Source of the DNA: Deltaproteobacteria bacterium
GTDB taxonomy: Bacteria > Desulfobacterota_D > UBA1144 > Nemesobacterales > CSP1-2
DNA: 64,000 bases
NCBI GenBank assembly: GCA_052390235.1
Contig: JBQTHB010000006.1
Coordinates: 192,001 to 256,000, forward strand
Direction: 5' to 3'
The notes beneath the pieces were generated by a model. The model worked only from the letters and a program-made list of their open reading frames with translations, was not told the origin of the DNA and did no database searches. This document shows, in pieces, positions 41,146 to 51,576 of this stretch; position 1 is the stretch's first letter, and each line of letters starts with the position of its first letter. The position numbers and the translations under genes were made by a program.

Positions 41146-41622
41146 ATGCCTCACGTTTACGAAGGTAGATTCGACGCCGCCGGCATGAAATTCGGTATCG
41201 TCGTGAGCCGTTTCAACGGCTTTATAACCGACAGAATGGTGGAAGGGGCGCTAGATGTGCTTATAAGACACAACGCTTCGGACTCGGACATTGACATAAT
41301 CAAAGTGCCCGGCTCTTTTGAAATTCCCTTAGCGGTGAAAATGGCGGCGAAATCCGCCAGATACGACGCCGTCATCGCCATCGGGGTAATCATCAGAGGG
41401 GAGACCCCGAATTTCGACTATCTATCGTCCGCGGTCATAAAGGGCATAGCCTCTATCGGGCTTGAGACCTCAGTTCCAGTGGCATCAGGGGTTCTCACCA
41501 CAGAGACCGTCGAGCAGGCTATAAACCGCGCAGGGGTGAAATACGGCAACCGCGGCGGCGAGGCGGCGGCCTCGGCTATCGAGATGATAAACCTCGCCAG
41601 AGCGTTCCACAATAAAAAATAA
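41146..41622 (+). CDS. ribH: Lumazine synthase
   Basis: SRFN, VPGSFEIP, IRGETPNFDY. Confidence 0.96.
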   Translation: MPHVYEGRFDAAGMKFGIVVSRFNGFITDRMVEGALDVLIRHNASDSDIDIIKVPGSFEIPLAVKMAAKSARYDAVIAIGVIIRGETPNFDYLSSAVIKGIASIGLETSVPVASGVLTTETVEQAINRAGVKYGNRGGEAAASAIEMINLARAFHNKK

Positions 41623-41727
41623 CCGGACGCGCTATCTTGATTCCCTGCCGGCGCACCCGCAAACGCGGTTAAGGCGTGGTGAGCGCGTCGAGCATCTGAA
41701 CATTCACAGACACATCGAATCGTAATC

Positions 41728-42171
41728 ATGGGCAAAAGAAGACGCGCCAGAGAAATTACCATTCAATTCCTATATCAATACGAATCCCAAGCCGAGTTCA
41801 CTTCGGAAGGGGTGAACCGCGAAGAGGTGGTGAAATTATTCTGGGCGGCGAGAGAATCCGAACGGGATGACGGCGATGTTTTGCGCTTTGCCAATAGCCT
41901 CATCAGCGGGGCGTGCGATAATCTTCAGAGCATTGACGACGTCCTCAGCAAATATTCAAAGCACTGGCGAATCTCGCGAATGTCCAAAACTGACAGAAAT
42001 GTCCTCAGAATGGCGGCTTATGAGCTGGTCTATTTGAGAGATATCCCCCCCCCTGTTACTATTAACGAGGCGGTCGAGCTTGCCAAGAAATACGGCACGG
42101 AGGAATCAGGCGCGTTCGTAAACGGGATTTTGGACAGAATTCGCCAAGCCCTAGAAAGCGGAGAGCTTTGA
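41728..42171 (+). CDS. nusB: Transcription antitermination factor NusB
   Basis: RRRARE, INEAVELAKKYG, FVNGILD. Confidence 0.96.
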   Translation: MGKRRRAREITIQFLYQYESQAEFTSEGVNREEVVKLFWAARESERDDGDVLRFANSLISGACDNLQSIDDVLSKYSKHWRISRMSKTDRNVLRMAAYELVYLRDIPPPVTINEAVELAKKYGTEESGAFVNGILDRIRQALESGEL

Positions 42172-42172
42172 G

Positions 42173-43210
42173 ATGATTAAAGAAGCCATTGCTAAAATCA
42201 TAGAACGTATAGATTTGCAGGAATCCGAGATGTCGCAGGTGATGCGCCAAATTATGGATGGAATAGCCACTCCGAGCCAGATGGCGGCGTTTCTCGTGGG
42301 GCTTCGAATGAAGGGAGAAACGGTCTCCGAGATTACCGGCGGGGCGAAGGTGATGATGGAGAAAGCGGTCAAAATCAAACCCGCTCGCCCGATAACAGTT
42401 GACCTCTGCGGCACAGGGGGCGACTACACGGGGACATTTAACGTCTCGACGGCGGCATCGTTAATTGCGGCTGGGGCGGGATGCTCAGTAGCCAAGCACG
42501 GAAACCGCTCGGTTTCAAGCCCGGTTGGGAGCGCGGACGTGCTTGAGGAGCTTGGGGTAAATATCAACCTCTCGCCCAAAGGGGCCGAAGCGTGCCTAAA
42601 CGAGGTGGGAATCGCCTTCCTCTTCGCCCCAGTCTATCACACGGCAATGAAAAACGTTGCCCAGTCCAGACGGGACATAGGCATAAGAACGGTCTTCAAC
42701 CTACTAGGTCCCATTTCAAACCCGGCGGGGGTGAAGCGCCAAGTCCTAGGGGTTTATTCCGACATACTGCTCGAGCCGATAGCCAAGGTTCTAAGAAACC
42801 TCGGACACGCAAGGGCGATGGTCGTTCACGGCGTTGACAGCCTCGACGAGATAACCGTAACGGGGAAAACCACGATTGCCGAGCTTAAGGACGGAATGGT
42901 AAAAACCTACGCGTTCGACCCCGCTGAACTCGGCTTCAAGAGGCGAAAGCTCGAAGAAATCAAGGGCGGAAACACGAGGGAAAACGCCCAGATTTTGCTC
43001 TCGATTCTAAGAGGAGAGGAGCGAGAAGCGAAAAGGGAAACTTCTCTCCTCAACGCCGCCGCCGCAATACTGGTATCAGGAGAGGCTTCGGACATGAAAG
43101 AGGCTCTGGAGCGCGCTGAGGATTCCATTGATTCTCAGAAAGCGCTCGATAAGCTCAACGAACTGACGAAATTCTCAAGGGCTTGGATAGAGGAGATTCC
43201 CGCGAATTAA
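42173..43210 (+). CDS. trpD: Anthranilate phosphoribosyltransferase
   Basis: CGTGGD, NVST, KHGNRSVSS, GSADVLE. Confidence 0.96.
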   Translation: MIKEAIAKIIERIDLQESEMSQVMRQIMDGIATPSQMAAFLVGLRMKGETVSEITGGAKVMMEKAVKIKPARPITVDLCGTGGDYTGTFNVSTAASLIAAGAGCSVAKHGNRSVSSPVGSADVLEELGVNINLSPKGAEACLNEVGIAFLFAPVYHTAMKNVAQSRRDIGIRTVFNLLGPISNPAGVKRQVLGVYSDILLEPIAKVLRNLGHARAMVVHGVDSLDEITVTGKTTIAELKDGMVKTYAFDPAELGFKRRKLEEIKGGNTRENAQILLSILRGEEREAKRETSLLNAAAAILVSGEASDMKEALERAEDSIDSQKALDKLNELTKFSRAWIEEIPAN

Positions 43211-43262
43211 CCCGCACTCACCGCCGCTCGGTGATTTGCGAAATCTTAAATTAAACTCCGAT

Positions 43263-44048
43263 ATGATTCTCGATAAAATCATCGCGCATAAAAAAATTGA
43301 GGTCGAAAGGGCAAAACTCTCTCTGCCGCTTCGGGAGATTATAGCTCGCGCCGCCGACTCGCCGCCGACGCTCGATTTCCAAGCGGCGCTCCAAAGCCCC
43401 GACGGAGCGGCAAAGGTCATCGCCGAGATAAAGCGCGCATCCCCCTCGAAGGGGATTATCCGCGAGGATTTCGACCCCGTCCGGATAGCCCGAAGCTACG
43501 CCGCCGCAGGGGCTTCGGCTATATCCGTCCTCACAGACGAGGAATTCTTTGGGGGGAGACTCGAATACCTGCGAGCAGTGCGCGAGGCAGTCCGGGCACC
43601 GCTTTTGAGAAAGGATTTCACCGTTGACGCATATCAGATTTACGAGGGGAGGCTCTTCGGAGCGGATGCAATTTTGCTAATTGCCTCGGCGCTTGAGACA
43701 TCCCAAATTGCCGAATTTATTGATATTGCCGAGTCCCTAGGCATGAGCGCCATCGTTGAGGTGCATAACGAAGCAGAGCTCGAAAAAGCCCTATCCGCGC
43801 CAAGCCGGATTATTGGCATCAACAACCGCGACCTAAAGACCTTCAGCGTGAGTTTGGACGTATCGGCGAGGCTCCGCAAACTCATCCCCGAATCAAAGCT
43901 CGTGATAGCCGAAAGCGGCATCCGAAGCGCGGGCGACATTGAGGCTCTCAAGAATGCGGGAATCTGGGCATTTCTCATCGGGGAGACTTTCATGAGGGCC
44001 GAAGACCCGGGGGCGGCTCTTTCGGACTTGCTCCGGCAGTCCCTGTAA
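43263..44048 (+). CDS. trpC: Indole-3-glycerol phosphate synthase
   Basis: IAEIKRASPSKG, LRKDF, GINNRDL, AESGI. Confidence 0.96.
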   Translation: MILDKIIAHKKIEVERAKLSLPLREIIARAADSPPTLDFQAALQSPDGAAKVIAEIKRASPSKGIIREDFDPVRIARSYAAAGASAISVLTDEEFFGGRLEYLRAVREAVRAPLLRKDFTVDAYQIYEGRLFGADAILLIASALETSQIAEFIDIAESLGMSAIVEVHNEAELEKALSAPSRIIGINNRDLKTFSVSLDVSARLRKLIPESKLVIAESGIRSAGDIEALKNAGIWAFLIGETFMRAEDPGAALSDLLRQSL

Positions 44049-44064
44049 TCTGCAACCAACCAAA

Positions 44065-45105
44065 TCACGGGAACACGGGCGGCATATCAATCCCCATGGA
44101 TTCAGGAAATCCCATCATGAGGTTCATATTCTGCACAGCCTGACCGGACGCCCCTTTCACTAGGTTGTCGAGAACAGAAACCACGATTGCCGTCTTATTC
44201 TTCGGATTCGCCCGCAAGCCAATATCGCAGAAGTTCGCCCCTTTAACGTCTCCAGTGGCGGGAAACGTCTTCTCAGGGAGGATTCTCACGAACTTTTTGC
44301 CTTCATAAAACGACTCTAATATCGAGAGAAGCTCGGCTGAGGACGCCTCTTTGCGGAGTCTGAGGTAAATTGTCGAGAGTATGCCCCTATCCATCGGGAT
44401 GAGATGGGGAGTGAAAATTACCCTCGCGCCGAGTCCAGAGAAATTGGAAAGCGCCTCTTCGATTTCAGGCGCGTGGCGGTGTTCCCCTATTTTATAAGCC
44501 TTGATTCCCTCGTTGACCTCGGAGAAATGAAGCCCAAGCTCAGGGGAGCGTCCCGCGCCGGATACGCCGGATTTTGAGTCAATTATGATGGAATCCTCTT
44601 CGATAAGCCCGCTGCGAAGGAGCGGCGCAAGGGGGAGAATTGAGGACGTTGGGTAGCAGCCGGGATTCGCCGTGAGTCTAGCCCGTTTAATCTGCTCTGG
44701 GTAAAGCTCGGATATTCCGTAAACTGCCTCTTCGAGGAGATACGGGCAGGGATGCTCCCCGTACCATTGTCTGTACGCGTCATGGCTTAGCCTAAAATCC
44801 GCCCCCAAATCTACGACCCTCTTGCCCATTGATAGAAGCTCCGCCGCCGCCCCTGCCGACGCGCCGTGGGGAAGGGCAATAAAAACGAAGTCTATATCGC
44901 CGGGGATGTCTCTGATAGCGAGCGGCTCAAGTTTCAAGTCGTAAAGCCCGCGAAGGTGCGGCAGAACCTCCGAGATACGCCTGCCCGCGTGCTTGTCAGC
45001 GGTCAAATAGGCGACCTCAACGCCGGGGTGAACGTAGAGAAACCGAAGCAGGTCGCTTCCCGTGTATCCGCTTGCTCCGAGGACGGCAACTTTTATCTTT
45101 TTCAT
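44065..45105 (-). CDS. argC: N-acetyl-gamma-glutamyl-phosphate reductase
   Basis: GASGYTG, ANPGCYPT, SGVSGAG, DNLVKGASGQAVQN. Confidence 0.97.
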   Translation of the reverse strand: MKKIKVAVLGASGYTGSDLLRFLYVHPGVEVAYLTADKHAGRRISEVLPHLRGLYDLKLEPLAIRDIPGDIDFVFIALPHGASAGAAAELLSMGKRVVDLGADFRLSHDAYRQWYGEHPCPYLLEEAVYGISELYPEQIKRARLTANPGCYPTSSILPLAPLLRSGLIEEDSIIIDSKSGVSGAGRSPELGLHFSEVNEGIKAYKIGEHRHAPEIEEALSNFSGLGARVIFTPHLIPMDRGILSTIYLRLRKEASSAELLSILESFYEGKKFVRILPEKTFPATGDVKGANFCDIGLRANPKNKTAIVVSVLDNLVKGASGQAVQNMNLMMGFPESMGIDMPPVFP

Positions 45106-45259
45106 GGCAGATGAAAATATACGACGCGCGCGGGAAATTCAAGTTTTATGGGCTCGCTGTAAATGCGCCGGCAGTCTTGACTACCATCGGTCTCAGAGGT
45201 AATTTAAATTGCCAATTAACTGGGATTTAACAGAGAATTAACCGCACCGGAGGAATTGA

Positions 45260-46267
45260 ATGTCAATTAAAGTGGGAATAAACGGATTCGGGAGAATCGG
45301 ACGGCACGTTCTTAGAATCGGCCTCACCAAAGGGGATTTGGAATTTGTAGGAATAAACGACGTTACCGACGCGCAGACGCTCGCGCATCTATTCAAATAC
45401 GACTCTGTTTTTGGCCCATACAAGGGCGAGGTCGCATCCGAAAACGGGCATATCGTGGTTAATGGGAAACCTATCAGGGTGTTCTCCGAGAGAGACCCGG
45501 CTAAAATCCCCTGGTCTGAGGCGGGGGCAAACGTCGTCGTCGAGTCAACCGGACTTTTCATCTCTCAGGAAGCGGCGTCGCTTCACCGCAGGGGATCCGT
45601 AAAAAAGGTAATCATCACCGCGCCCTCCAAGGGAGACGTTGACCTCACGGCGGTATTCGGCGTAAACCACAGAGACTACGACGCAGAAAAGCACAATATC
45701 CTGTCGAACGCCTCCTGCACCACGAACTGCTTCGCCATAATGGTAAAAGTTCTCCACGATAACTTCGGCATCAAGCGGGGCGAGATGTCCACGATTCACT
45801 CCTATACAAATGACCAGCGTATCCTCGATGGCCCGCACAAGGACCTAAGACGGGCGCGCTCGGCGGCTCTGTCCATCATCCCCACAAGCACGGGGGCGGC
45901 AAAGGCGATAGAACTCATATTCCCATCGCTCAAGGGCAAGCTCAGCGCCATAGCGATGAGAGTACCCACGGCGGATGTGTCGGTGGTGGATTTCTCCTGC
46001 GAGGTGGAAAAGACGACGAGCGCCGAAGAGGTAAACCAGAGATTTAAAGAAGCTGCGGCAGAAGGGCTTAGGGGTTATCTGCGCTACACCGACGAAGAGC
46101 TCGTGTCGGCGGATTTCATCGGCGACTCGCACTCAGCTATTTTCGACGCCCCGCTCACTTCGGTCGTCGAGGGAAACCTGGTGAAGGTCATCGGCTGGTA
46201 CGACAATGAATACGGCTACTCGTCGAGGGTGGTGGACTTAATCAAGCTCATAGGAGATACACTCTAA
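45260..46267 (+). CDS. gap: Glyceraldehyde-3-phosphate dehydrogenase
   Basis: GINGFGRIGR, SNASCTTNC, WYDNE. Confidence 0.98.
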   Translation: MSIKVGINGFGRIGRHVLRIGLTKGDLEFVGINDVTDAQTLAHLFKYDSVFGPYKGEVASENGHIVVNGKPIRVFSERDPAKIPWSEAGANVVVESTGLFISQEAASLHRRGSVKKVIITAPSKGDVDLTAVFGVNHRDYDAEKHNILSNASCTTNCFAIMVKVLHDNFGIKRGEMSTIHSYTNDQRILDGPHKDLRRARSAALSIIPTSTGAAKAIELIFPSLKGKLSAIAMRVPTADVSVVDFSCEVEKTTSAEEVNQRFKEAAAEGLRGYLRYTDEELVSADFIGDSHSAIFDAPLTSVVEGNLVKVIGWYDNEYGYSSRVVDLIKLIGDTL

Positions 46268-47464
46268 ATGGCAAAAATGGTGATTTCCGACCTAGCAGAC
46301 GGCGATTTTAGCCGGAAGAGGGTTTTCGTCAGGGTTGATTTCAATGTCCCCATTCGGGACGGCGTTATTAGCGAGGACTACAGGATTAGAAGGTCAATAC
46401 CGACTATTGATTTCCTCGTGGAGAGGGGAGCGAAAATCATTCTCGCATCTCATCTGGGCAGGCCCAAGGGCAGGGTAACGCTCGATTTGTCCCTTAGAGC
46501 CGTGGCGGCGCGGATTTCCGAGCTATTGGGGAAACCCGTAAAATTTTCCGCCGGAAAGGTCGTGGGAAGCGAGGTGCGCGCCGAGGTGGATAGACTCAAG
46601 CCCGGCGAAGTGATGATGCTCGACAACCTGCGATTTCATAAGGAAGAGACCGACAACGATTCCGAATTTTCTGGGGAACTCGCCTCGCTCGCGGATATTT
46701 ATGTCAACGACGCCTTCGGCACATCGCACAGGAAACACGCCTCCACATACGGCATGGCTACGCATTTTAATTTAAAACTCGCCGGCTTTCTCGTTCATCG
46801 CGAGCTTAGATTCCTCAGTAAAATCCGGGACAACCCCGAACACCCCTTCGTGGTCATAGTCGGCGGGGCAAAGATTAAAGACAAAATCAGCGCGCTCAAA
46901 AACCTCATCGAAAAAGCAGACAAGGTCTTAATAGGCGGAGGCGTTGCCTACACGTTCCTCAAAGCCAAAGGGGTCAGCATCGGAAGCTCCATAAGGGAGA
47001 ACGAGATGCTTGAGTGGGCGGGCTGGGCGCTCAGTAAGTACAAGGAGAAGATTTTTCTCCCCCTCGACCACGTAGTCGCCGAGAATTTCGAGAGAAAGAC
47101 CTGCATGGTCGTGGACAGCGAGATACCCGACGAGTATCAGGGGTTTGACATCGGGCCCAAAACCGTAGCCAAATATGCCTCTCATCTCCAGAGGACGGGG
47201 ACGATTTTCTGGAACGGGCCCATGGGGGTTTTCGAGACCGATAACTTTGCGGCAGGAACCACTCACCTAGCCCGCGCCGTCGCCCTTGCCACATGGCGAG
47301 GCTCAGCGACCGTCATCGGAGGCGGGGAAACCATTGCCGCCATTAGAAAAGCCGAGGTGCTGGACTCAGAAATTGTCCATATCTCAACGGGCGGAGGGGC
47401 GTCGCTTGAATTTCTGGGCGGCGAGGAACTCCCCGGAATCTCTATACTCAGCGATACCAAATAG
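46268..47464 (+). CDS. pgk: Phosphoglycerate kinase
   Basis: RVDFNVP, SHLGRP, NDAFG, WNGPMG, STGGGASLE. Confidence 0.97.
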   Translation: MAKMVISDLADGDFSRKRVFVRVDFNVPIRDGVISEDYRIRRSIPTIDFLVERGAKIILASHLGRPKGRVTLDLSLRAVAARISELLGKPVKFSAGKVVGSEVRAEVDRLKPGEVMMLDNLRFHKEETDNDSEFSGELASLADIYVNDAFGTSHRKHASTYGMATHFNLKLAGFLVHRELRFLSKIRDNPEHPFVVIVGGAKIKDKISALKNLIEKADKVLIGGGVAYTFLKAKGVSIGSSIRENEMLEWAGWALSKYKEKIFLPLDHVVAENFERKTCMVVDSEIPDEYQGFDIGPKTVAKYASHLQRTGTIFWNGPMGVFETDNFAAGTTHLARAVALATWRGSATVIGGGETIAAIRKAEVLDSEIVHISTGGGASLEFLGGEELPGISILSDTK

Positions 47465-47521
47465 GCTGGCGAAACTGGAGAATTAAAAATCCCGAGAAAA
47501 CATCCTAAAGGAGGCAGAGAA

Positions 47522-48601
47522 ATGGAAGTAGCATCAAGCGCGCCGTCGGGGCTTGAGGGAGTGATTCGGGTACTGGGAGACGAAGCGGGCTATCTGCTGA
47601 ACCACACCTGCAAGACCGTATCGAAAGAGCATCTCATACTGCCTAGCCCCACGTTTGTCGAGGACGTGATGATGCTGACCGACAGACACCCCGCTGTGCT
47701 TCGCAATATGCAGACCCTCTTTAACTCCGGGCGGCTCGGCGGCTCGGGGTATCTGTCCATTTTACCCGTTGACCAAGGAATCGAGCATTCGGCGGGAGCA
47801 TCATTCGCCCCGAACCCGATTTATTTCGACCCTGAGAATATAGTAAAACTCGCCATCGAGGGCGGATGCAACGCCGTAGCCTCGACCCTCGGCGCGCTCG
47901 GCTCGGTATCCAGAAAATATGCTCACAAAATCCCCTTTATCGTCAAAATCAACCATAACGAACTGCTCACCTACCCCAATAAGCACGACCAAATCCTATT
48001 TGCCAATGTGGAGCAGGCATTTGACATGGGCGCGTTGGCAGTGGGGGCTACAATTTATTTCGGTTCAGACGAGAGCGCGCGCCAGATTCAAGAGGTATCC
48101 GAGGCGTTTCGGCACGCTCACTCTATGGGCTTAGTTACGATACTTTGGGCGTATCTGAGAAATCCGGCGTTTAAAGCGGGGGATGTGGACTATCACCTTG
48201 CGGCGGACCTGACCGGTCAGGCAAATCACCTCAGCGCCACTATTGAAGCCGACATCGTAAAGCAGAAACAAGCCGAGAGCAACGGCGGCTTTAAAGCCCT
48301 CAAATTCGGCAAGACAGACGAGCGGGTTTATAGGGAACTCTCATCAGACCACCCAATAGACCTCGCGCGCTACCAAGTTGTAAACTGCTTCATGGGCAGA
48401 GCCGGTCTAATCAACTCCGGCGGCGCGTCCGGCAGAAACGACATCCAAGAGGCGGTGCGCACGGCTATTATCAACAAGAGGGCTGGGGGAATGGGACTCA
48501 TCTCAGGCAGAAAATCCTTCCAAAAGCCGATGAGCGAAGGAGTCGCCCTCCTCAACGCCATTCAAGATGTATATCTCAACGCAGAGATAACCATCGCCTA
48601 G
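47522..48601 (+). CDS. fbaB: Class I fructose-bisphosphate aldolase (DhnA type)
   Basis: [30 protein letters not shown]. Confidence 0.95.
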   Translation: MEVASSAPSGLEGVIRVLGDEAGYLLNHTCKTVSKEHLILPSPTFVEDVMMLTDRHPAVLRNMQTLFNSGRLGGSGYLSILPVDQGIEHSAGASFAPNPIYFDPENIVKLAIEGGCNAVASTLGALGSVSRKYAHKIPFIVKINHNELLTYPNKHDQILFANVEQAFDMGALAVGATIYFGSDESARQIQEVSEAFRHAHSMGLVTILWAYLRNPAFKAGDVDYHLAADLTGQANHLSATIEADIVKQKQAESNGGFKALKFGKTDERVYRELSSDHPIDLARYQVVNCFMGRAGLINSGGASGRNDIQEAVRTAIINKRAGGMGLISGRKSFQKPMSEGVALLNAIQDVYLNAEITIA

Positions 48602-48693
48602 TTTTAGTTTATTCTCCGCGCATATTGAGATTTGTGGATAGCGCGGCGGGGGGGTAATCACCCCTATTAATTAGGGTGATTTCAATGCTGGGC

Positions 48694-48732
48694 AAAAAAA
48701 GGGGGGCAGGGCTTTTATGATTCCCCTACCCC
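48694..48732 (-). terminator. Intrinsic terminator after cysC
   Basis: Minus strand reads GGGGTAGGG...CCCTGCCCC followed by CC and T7. Confidence 0.65.
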
Positions 48733-48763
48733 GCTCAGCTTCGCATTAATTCGTGGACGCTTT

Positions 48764-49288
48764 CTATGAAATGTAGCTGAGCTTGCGCAAGGCGGCGATG
48801 ATTTTCGCTAGGCTCTCCTCATGCGTTTCCTTGTGAGTTTCAACGACGACCTCTGGGGCTAGAGGCGGCTCATAGGGGTCTGAGACTCCGGTGAAATTTT
48901 TTATCTCGCCGGCGAGCGCTTTTTTATAGAGTCCTTTCACGTCGCGCCGCGCGCACTCTTCCAATGTACAGTCCACATAGACCTCGACGAATCTGCCAAT
49001 TTCGGCTCTAGCCTCCTCCCTCACGCCGCGATAGGGCGATATGGCGCAGGTAATAGCCGCCGCGCCGCACCTGGTGGCGATATTTGCAACATAGGAAATT
49101 CTGCGAATATTCTCATCGCGGTCTTCTTTGGAGAATCCAAGACCTTTGGAGAGCCTAAGCCTAATTTCATCTCCATCTAAAACCTCGATGTGAAGCCCCG
49201 TGTTCTCCAGTTCCTTCTCCAGCAATCTAGCCAGAGTCGTTTTTCCAGACCCTGAGAGTCCGGTAAACCAAACGGTAAATCCCTTCAT
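48764..49288 (-). CDS. cysC: Adenylyl-sulfate kinase
   Basis: [36 protein letters not shown]. Confidence 0.96.
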   Translation of the reverse strand: MKGFTVWFTGLSGSGKTTLARLLEKELENTGLHIEVLDGDEIRLRLSKGLGFSKEDRDENIRRISYVANIATRCGAAAITCAISPYRGVREEARAEIGRFVEVYVDCTLEECARRDVKGLYKKALAGEIKNFTGVSDPYEPPLAPEVVVETHKETHEESLAKIIAALRKLSYIS

Positions 49289-49391
49289 TGCGATTTATCT
49301 CCTCTTGATTTGGTATTTGATTTCGATGCCTTGCCCGCGCCGCGGCGATGCAGCCCAGAGCGGGGTAATTATAGTACCCTCGGCGGGATAC

Positions 49392-50438
49392 TCAAGTTTG
49401 CGCCCTACCCGCCCAGCCCTGACCTCTCGAATATTTAGGGCGCGACGTAGAGCGGGAGGTCAACCCGAAGTCTGAGCGCTCCCCCTTTTTTAGCCTCTGG
49501 TAGCCGAGCGCGGCGACCATTGCGGCGTTATCCGTGCAGTATTTGGGCGAAGGAATAAATAGCGATATTCCCTCAGCGGAGAATCTCTCATTGGCGAGCG
49601 CCCTCAGACGAGAGTTGCAGGCAACCCCGCCGGCGATGACAACAGCCCTGACCCCGCTCTGCTTAGCGGCCCAGAGGGTTTTCTCCACAAGGGTTTCGGC
49701 TATCGCCTCCTGAAACCCGGCGCAGACGTGCCTCAGATGCTCGGCGCCTGAGAGGGGGCGCTTTTTGAGGTAATAGACGAGCGCGGTCTTTACGCCGCTG
49801 AAGCTAAAATCATGGGTTTTTGAATTCATAAACGGGCGCGGGAAATGGATTTGGGCGGGGTCTCCCTCTCTGGCGAGCCTGTCAATCTCGACCCCTCCCG
49901 GATAGCCAAGCCCTAGGAGCTTTGCCCCTTTGTCGAAAGCCTCCCCGGCGGCGTCGTCTCTAGTTCTTCCGATAAGCTCAAATTCCGTATGGCTTGACAC
50001 CAAATACAGGCTCGTGTGTCCGCCCGAGACGACGAGTCCCAAATACGGAAACGGCACATCAAACTCAAGCGAGCTTACGGCAAGGTGGGATTCGAGATGA
50101 TCCACTCCGATAAACGGCGCCCCGATGGAGTAGGCAAGGGCCTTTGCCGTTGCCACACCGACCATGAGACAGCCGATGAGTCCGGGGCCGCTGGCTACGG
50201 CGACTCCTTCGACTTGCGAGAACCCCACGCCTGCCGTCTGCAGAGCCTCCCGCAGAACGAGCGAAATGCACTCGATGTGTTTTCTTGAGGCGATTTCGGG
50301 AACTACCCCTCCGAACTCGCGGTGAACGGCGATTTGCGAAGCCACTACCGAGGATAGAGCCAGGGCTCCGTCCTTAACCACGGCGGCGGCGGTCTCGTCG
50401 CAGGAGGATTCTAATCCAAGCACAAGCGATGATGGCAT
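49392..50438 (-). CDS. tsaD: tRNA t6A biosynthesis protein TsaD
   Basis: ESSCDET, GGVVPE, HLESH, VSGGHT, DDAAGEAFDK, TDNAAM. Start placed at ATG 50438, downstream of a promoter. Confidence 0.96.
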   Translation of the reverse strand: MPSSLVLGLESSCDETAAAVVKDGALALSSVVASQIAVHREFGGVVPEIASRKHIECISLVLREALQTAGVGFSQVEGVAVASGPGLIGCLMVGVATAKALAYSIGAPFIGVDHLESHLAVSSLEFDVPFPYLGLVVSGGHTSLYLVSSHTEFELIGRTRDDAAGEAFDKGAKLLGLGYPGGVEIDRLAREGDPAQIHFPRPFMNSKTHDFSFSGVKTALVYYLKKRPLSGAEHLRHVCAGFQEAIAETLVEKTLWAAKQSGVRAVVIAGGVACNSRLRALANERFSAEGISLFIPSPKYCTDNAAMVAALGYQRLKKGERSDFGLTSRSTSRPKYSRGQGWAGRAQT

Positions 50439-50528
50439 GAGCGGATATTCTACAGCATCGCCGCGGGTGTACAAGCGCGCGAGTAGCCCAGAGCCCTGAT
50501 ATTCGATATAAATATAGAAATTTGAGCC

Positions 50529-50579
50529 GCCGAATTGTAAAATAAATGCGGAGACTCTGCTAATATTTTACAATTCGGC
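50529..50579. repeat. Perfect 16-bp inverted repeat overlapping the -35 of the downstream gene
   Basis: GCCGAATTGTAAAATA-N19-TATTTTACAATTCGGC. TTTACA (50567-72)-17 nt-TATCCT begins inside the right arm. Confidence 0.8.
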
Positions 50580-50625
50580 TCAGATTAAGTATCCTCACCC
50601 TAAGATTCACCGCGAGTAAAGTGCC

Positions 50626-51486
50626 ATGAAAATATCCATAGCCTCTGCGCTAATTATCTTCTCATCCCTTTTCGCCGCCTATTTAACCCCTGCCCTAGGG
50701 GAGGAAACCCCAAGTTCCGCCCTCTCAGAGCCAATTAACGCAAAGATTCTAATATCGGATTTGGCGAGAACCGACCTCAACCTCGCCCTTCTCGGCACTA
50801 TGAATCGCGGGGGAGCGGGCAAGGCAATCCTCAAAAACCTCAATTCTGGCATACTCAGAATCTACGGCGAGGGCGAGACGATAGACATCGTTTCCGAGGA
50901 GACCGTAACGCTCGTGCGCACCGACGACTGCCTAGCCATCATCGAGCGCCGAGGCAGATATGAAACCTTGGGGTGCGACGGCGGCACATTTAACGGCGCT
51001 GTGGCGTCTTATAAAATCCCAACCCCGCTTGCAAAGTACAAAATCACCCAAGCCCCCGCAAAGCCGAAACAGCCCAAAGCCGTGAAATTAAAATCCGATT
51101 ATGATAAGGAAATCGCCCTTGCAAGCGAGAAGCACGGGGTTGACCGCTATCTGGTCAAGGCCGTAATAAAGGCTGAGTCCAATTTCAATCCCGACGCGGT
51201 CTCGCCCAAAAACGCCCAAGGCATTATGCAACTCATGCCAGAGACGTCCAAAGACTACGGCGTGGAAGACCCGTTCAACCCGATGGAAAACATAGACGGA
51301 GGCGTGAGACTGCTCCGAGACCTGATGTCTTATTTCAAAGGGGACTTGGGGCTTGCCCTAGCCGCATACAACGCAGGAAAAGGCACGGTTATAAAATATG
51401 GCAACAAAGTGCCTCCCTACCCGGAAACCGAGAACTATGTTAAAAAAGTAGAGGGCTATTACGATTTTCTCAGAAAAAATAAGTAA
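50626..51486 (+). CDS. Exported lytic transglycosylase (SLT) with an N-terminal GspC/PilP-like HR domain
   Basis: Signal peptide, TDLNLALLGT...KAIL...IYGEGETI...IIERRGRYETL, then SLT motifs IKAES, GIMQL, AAYNAG, ETENYV. Confidence 0.85.
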   Translation: MKISIASALIIFSSLFAAYLTPALGEETPSSALSEPINAKILISDLARTDLNLALLGTMNRGGAGKAILKNLNSGILRIYGEGETIDIVSEETVTLVRTDDCLAIIERRGRYETLGCDGGTFNGAVASYKIPTPLAKYKITQAPAKPKQPKAVKLKSDYDKEIALASEKHGVDRYLVKAVIKAESNFNPDAVSPKNAQGIMQLMPETSKDYGVEDPFNPMENIDGGVRLLRDLMSYFKGDLGLALAAYNAGKGTVIKYGNKVPPYPETENYVKKVEGYYDFLRKNK

Positions 51487-51576
51487 TCCGCCCGTTCCCG
51501 GAATATCCCCAAAGGTTCGCATTAAGCAAAATCCCCGCCTCTTGAATAAAACCGCGCTTCGGTCATAATCGGATTT

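Noticed and set aside
48656..48681. Palindrome AATCACCC...GGGTGATT after fbaB
   Set aside because: It lies between convergent genes and is most simply a terminator or stability hairpin.
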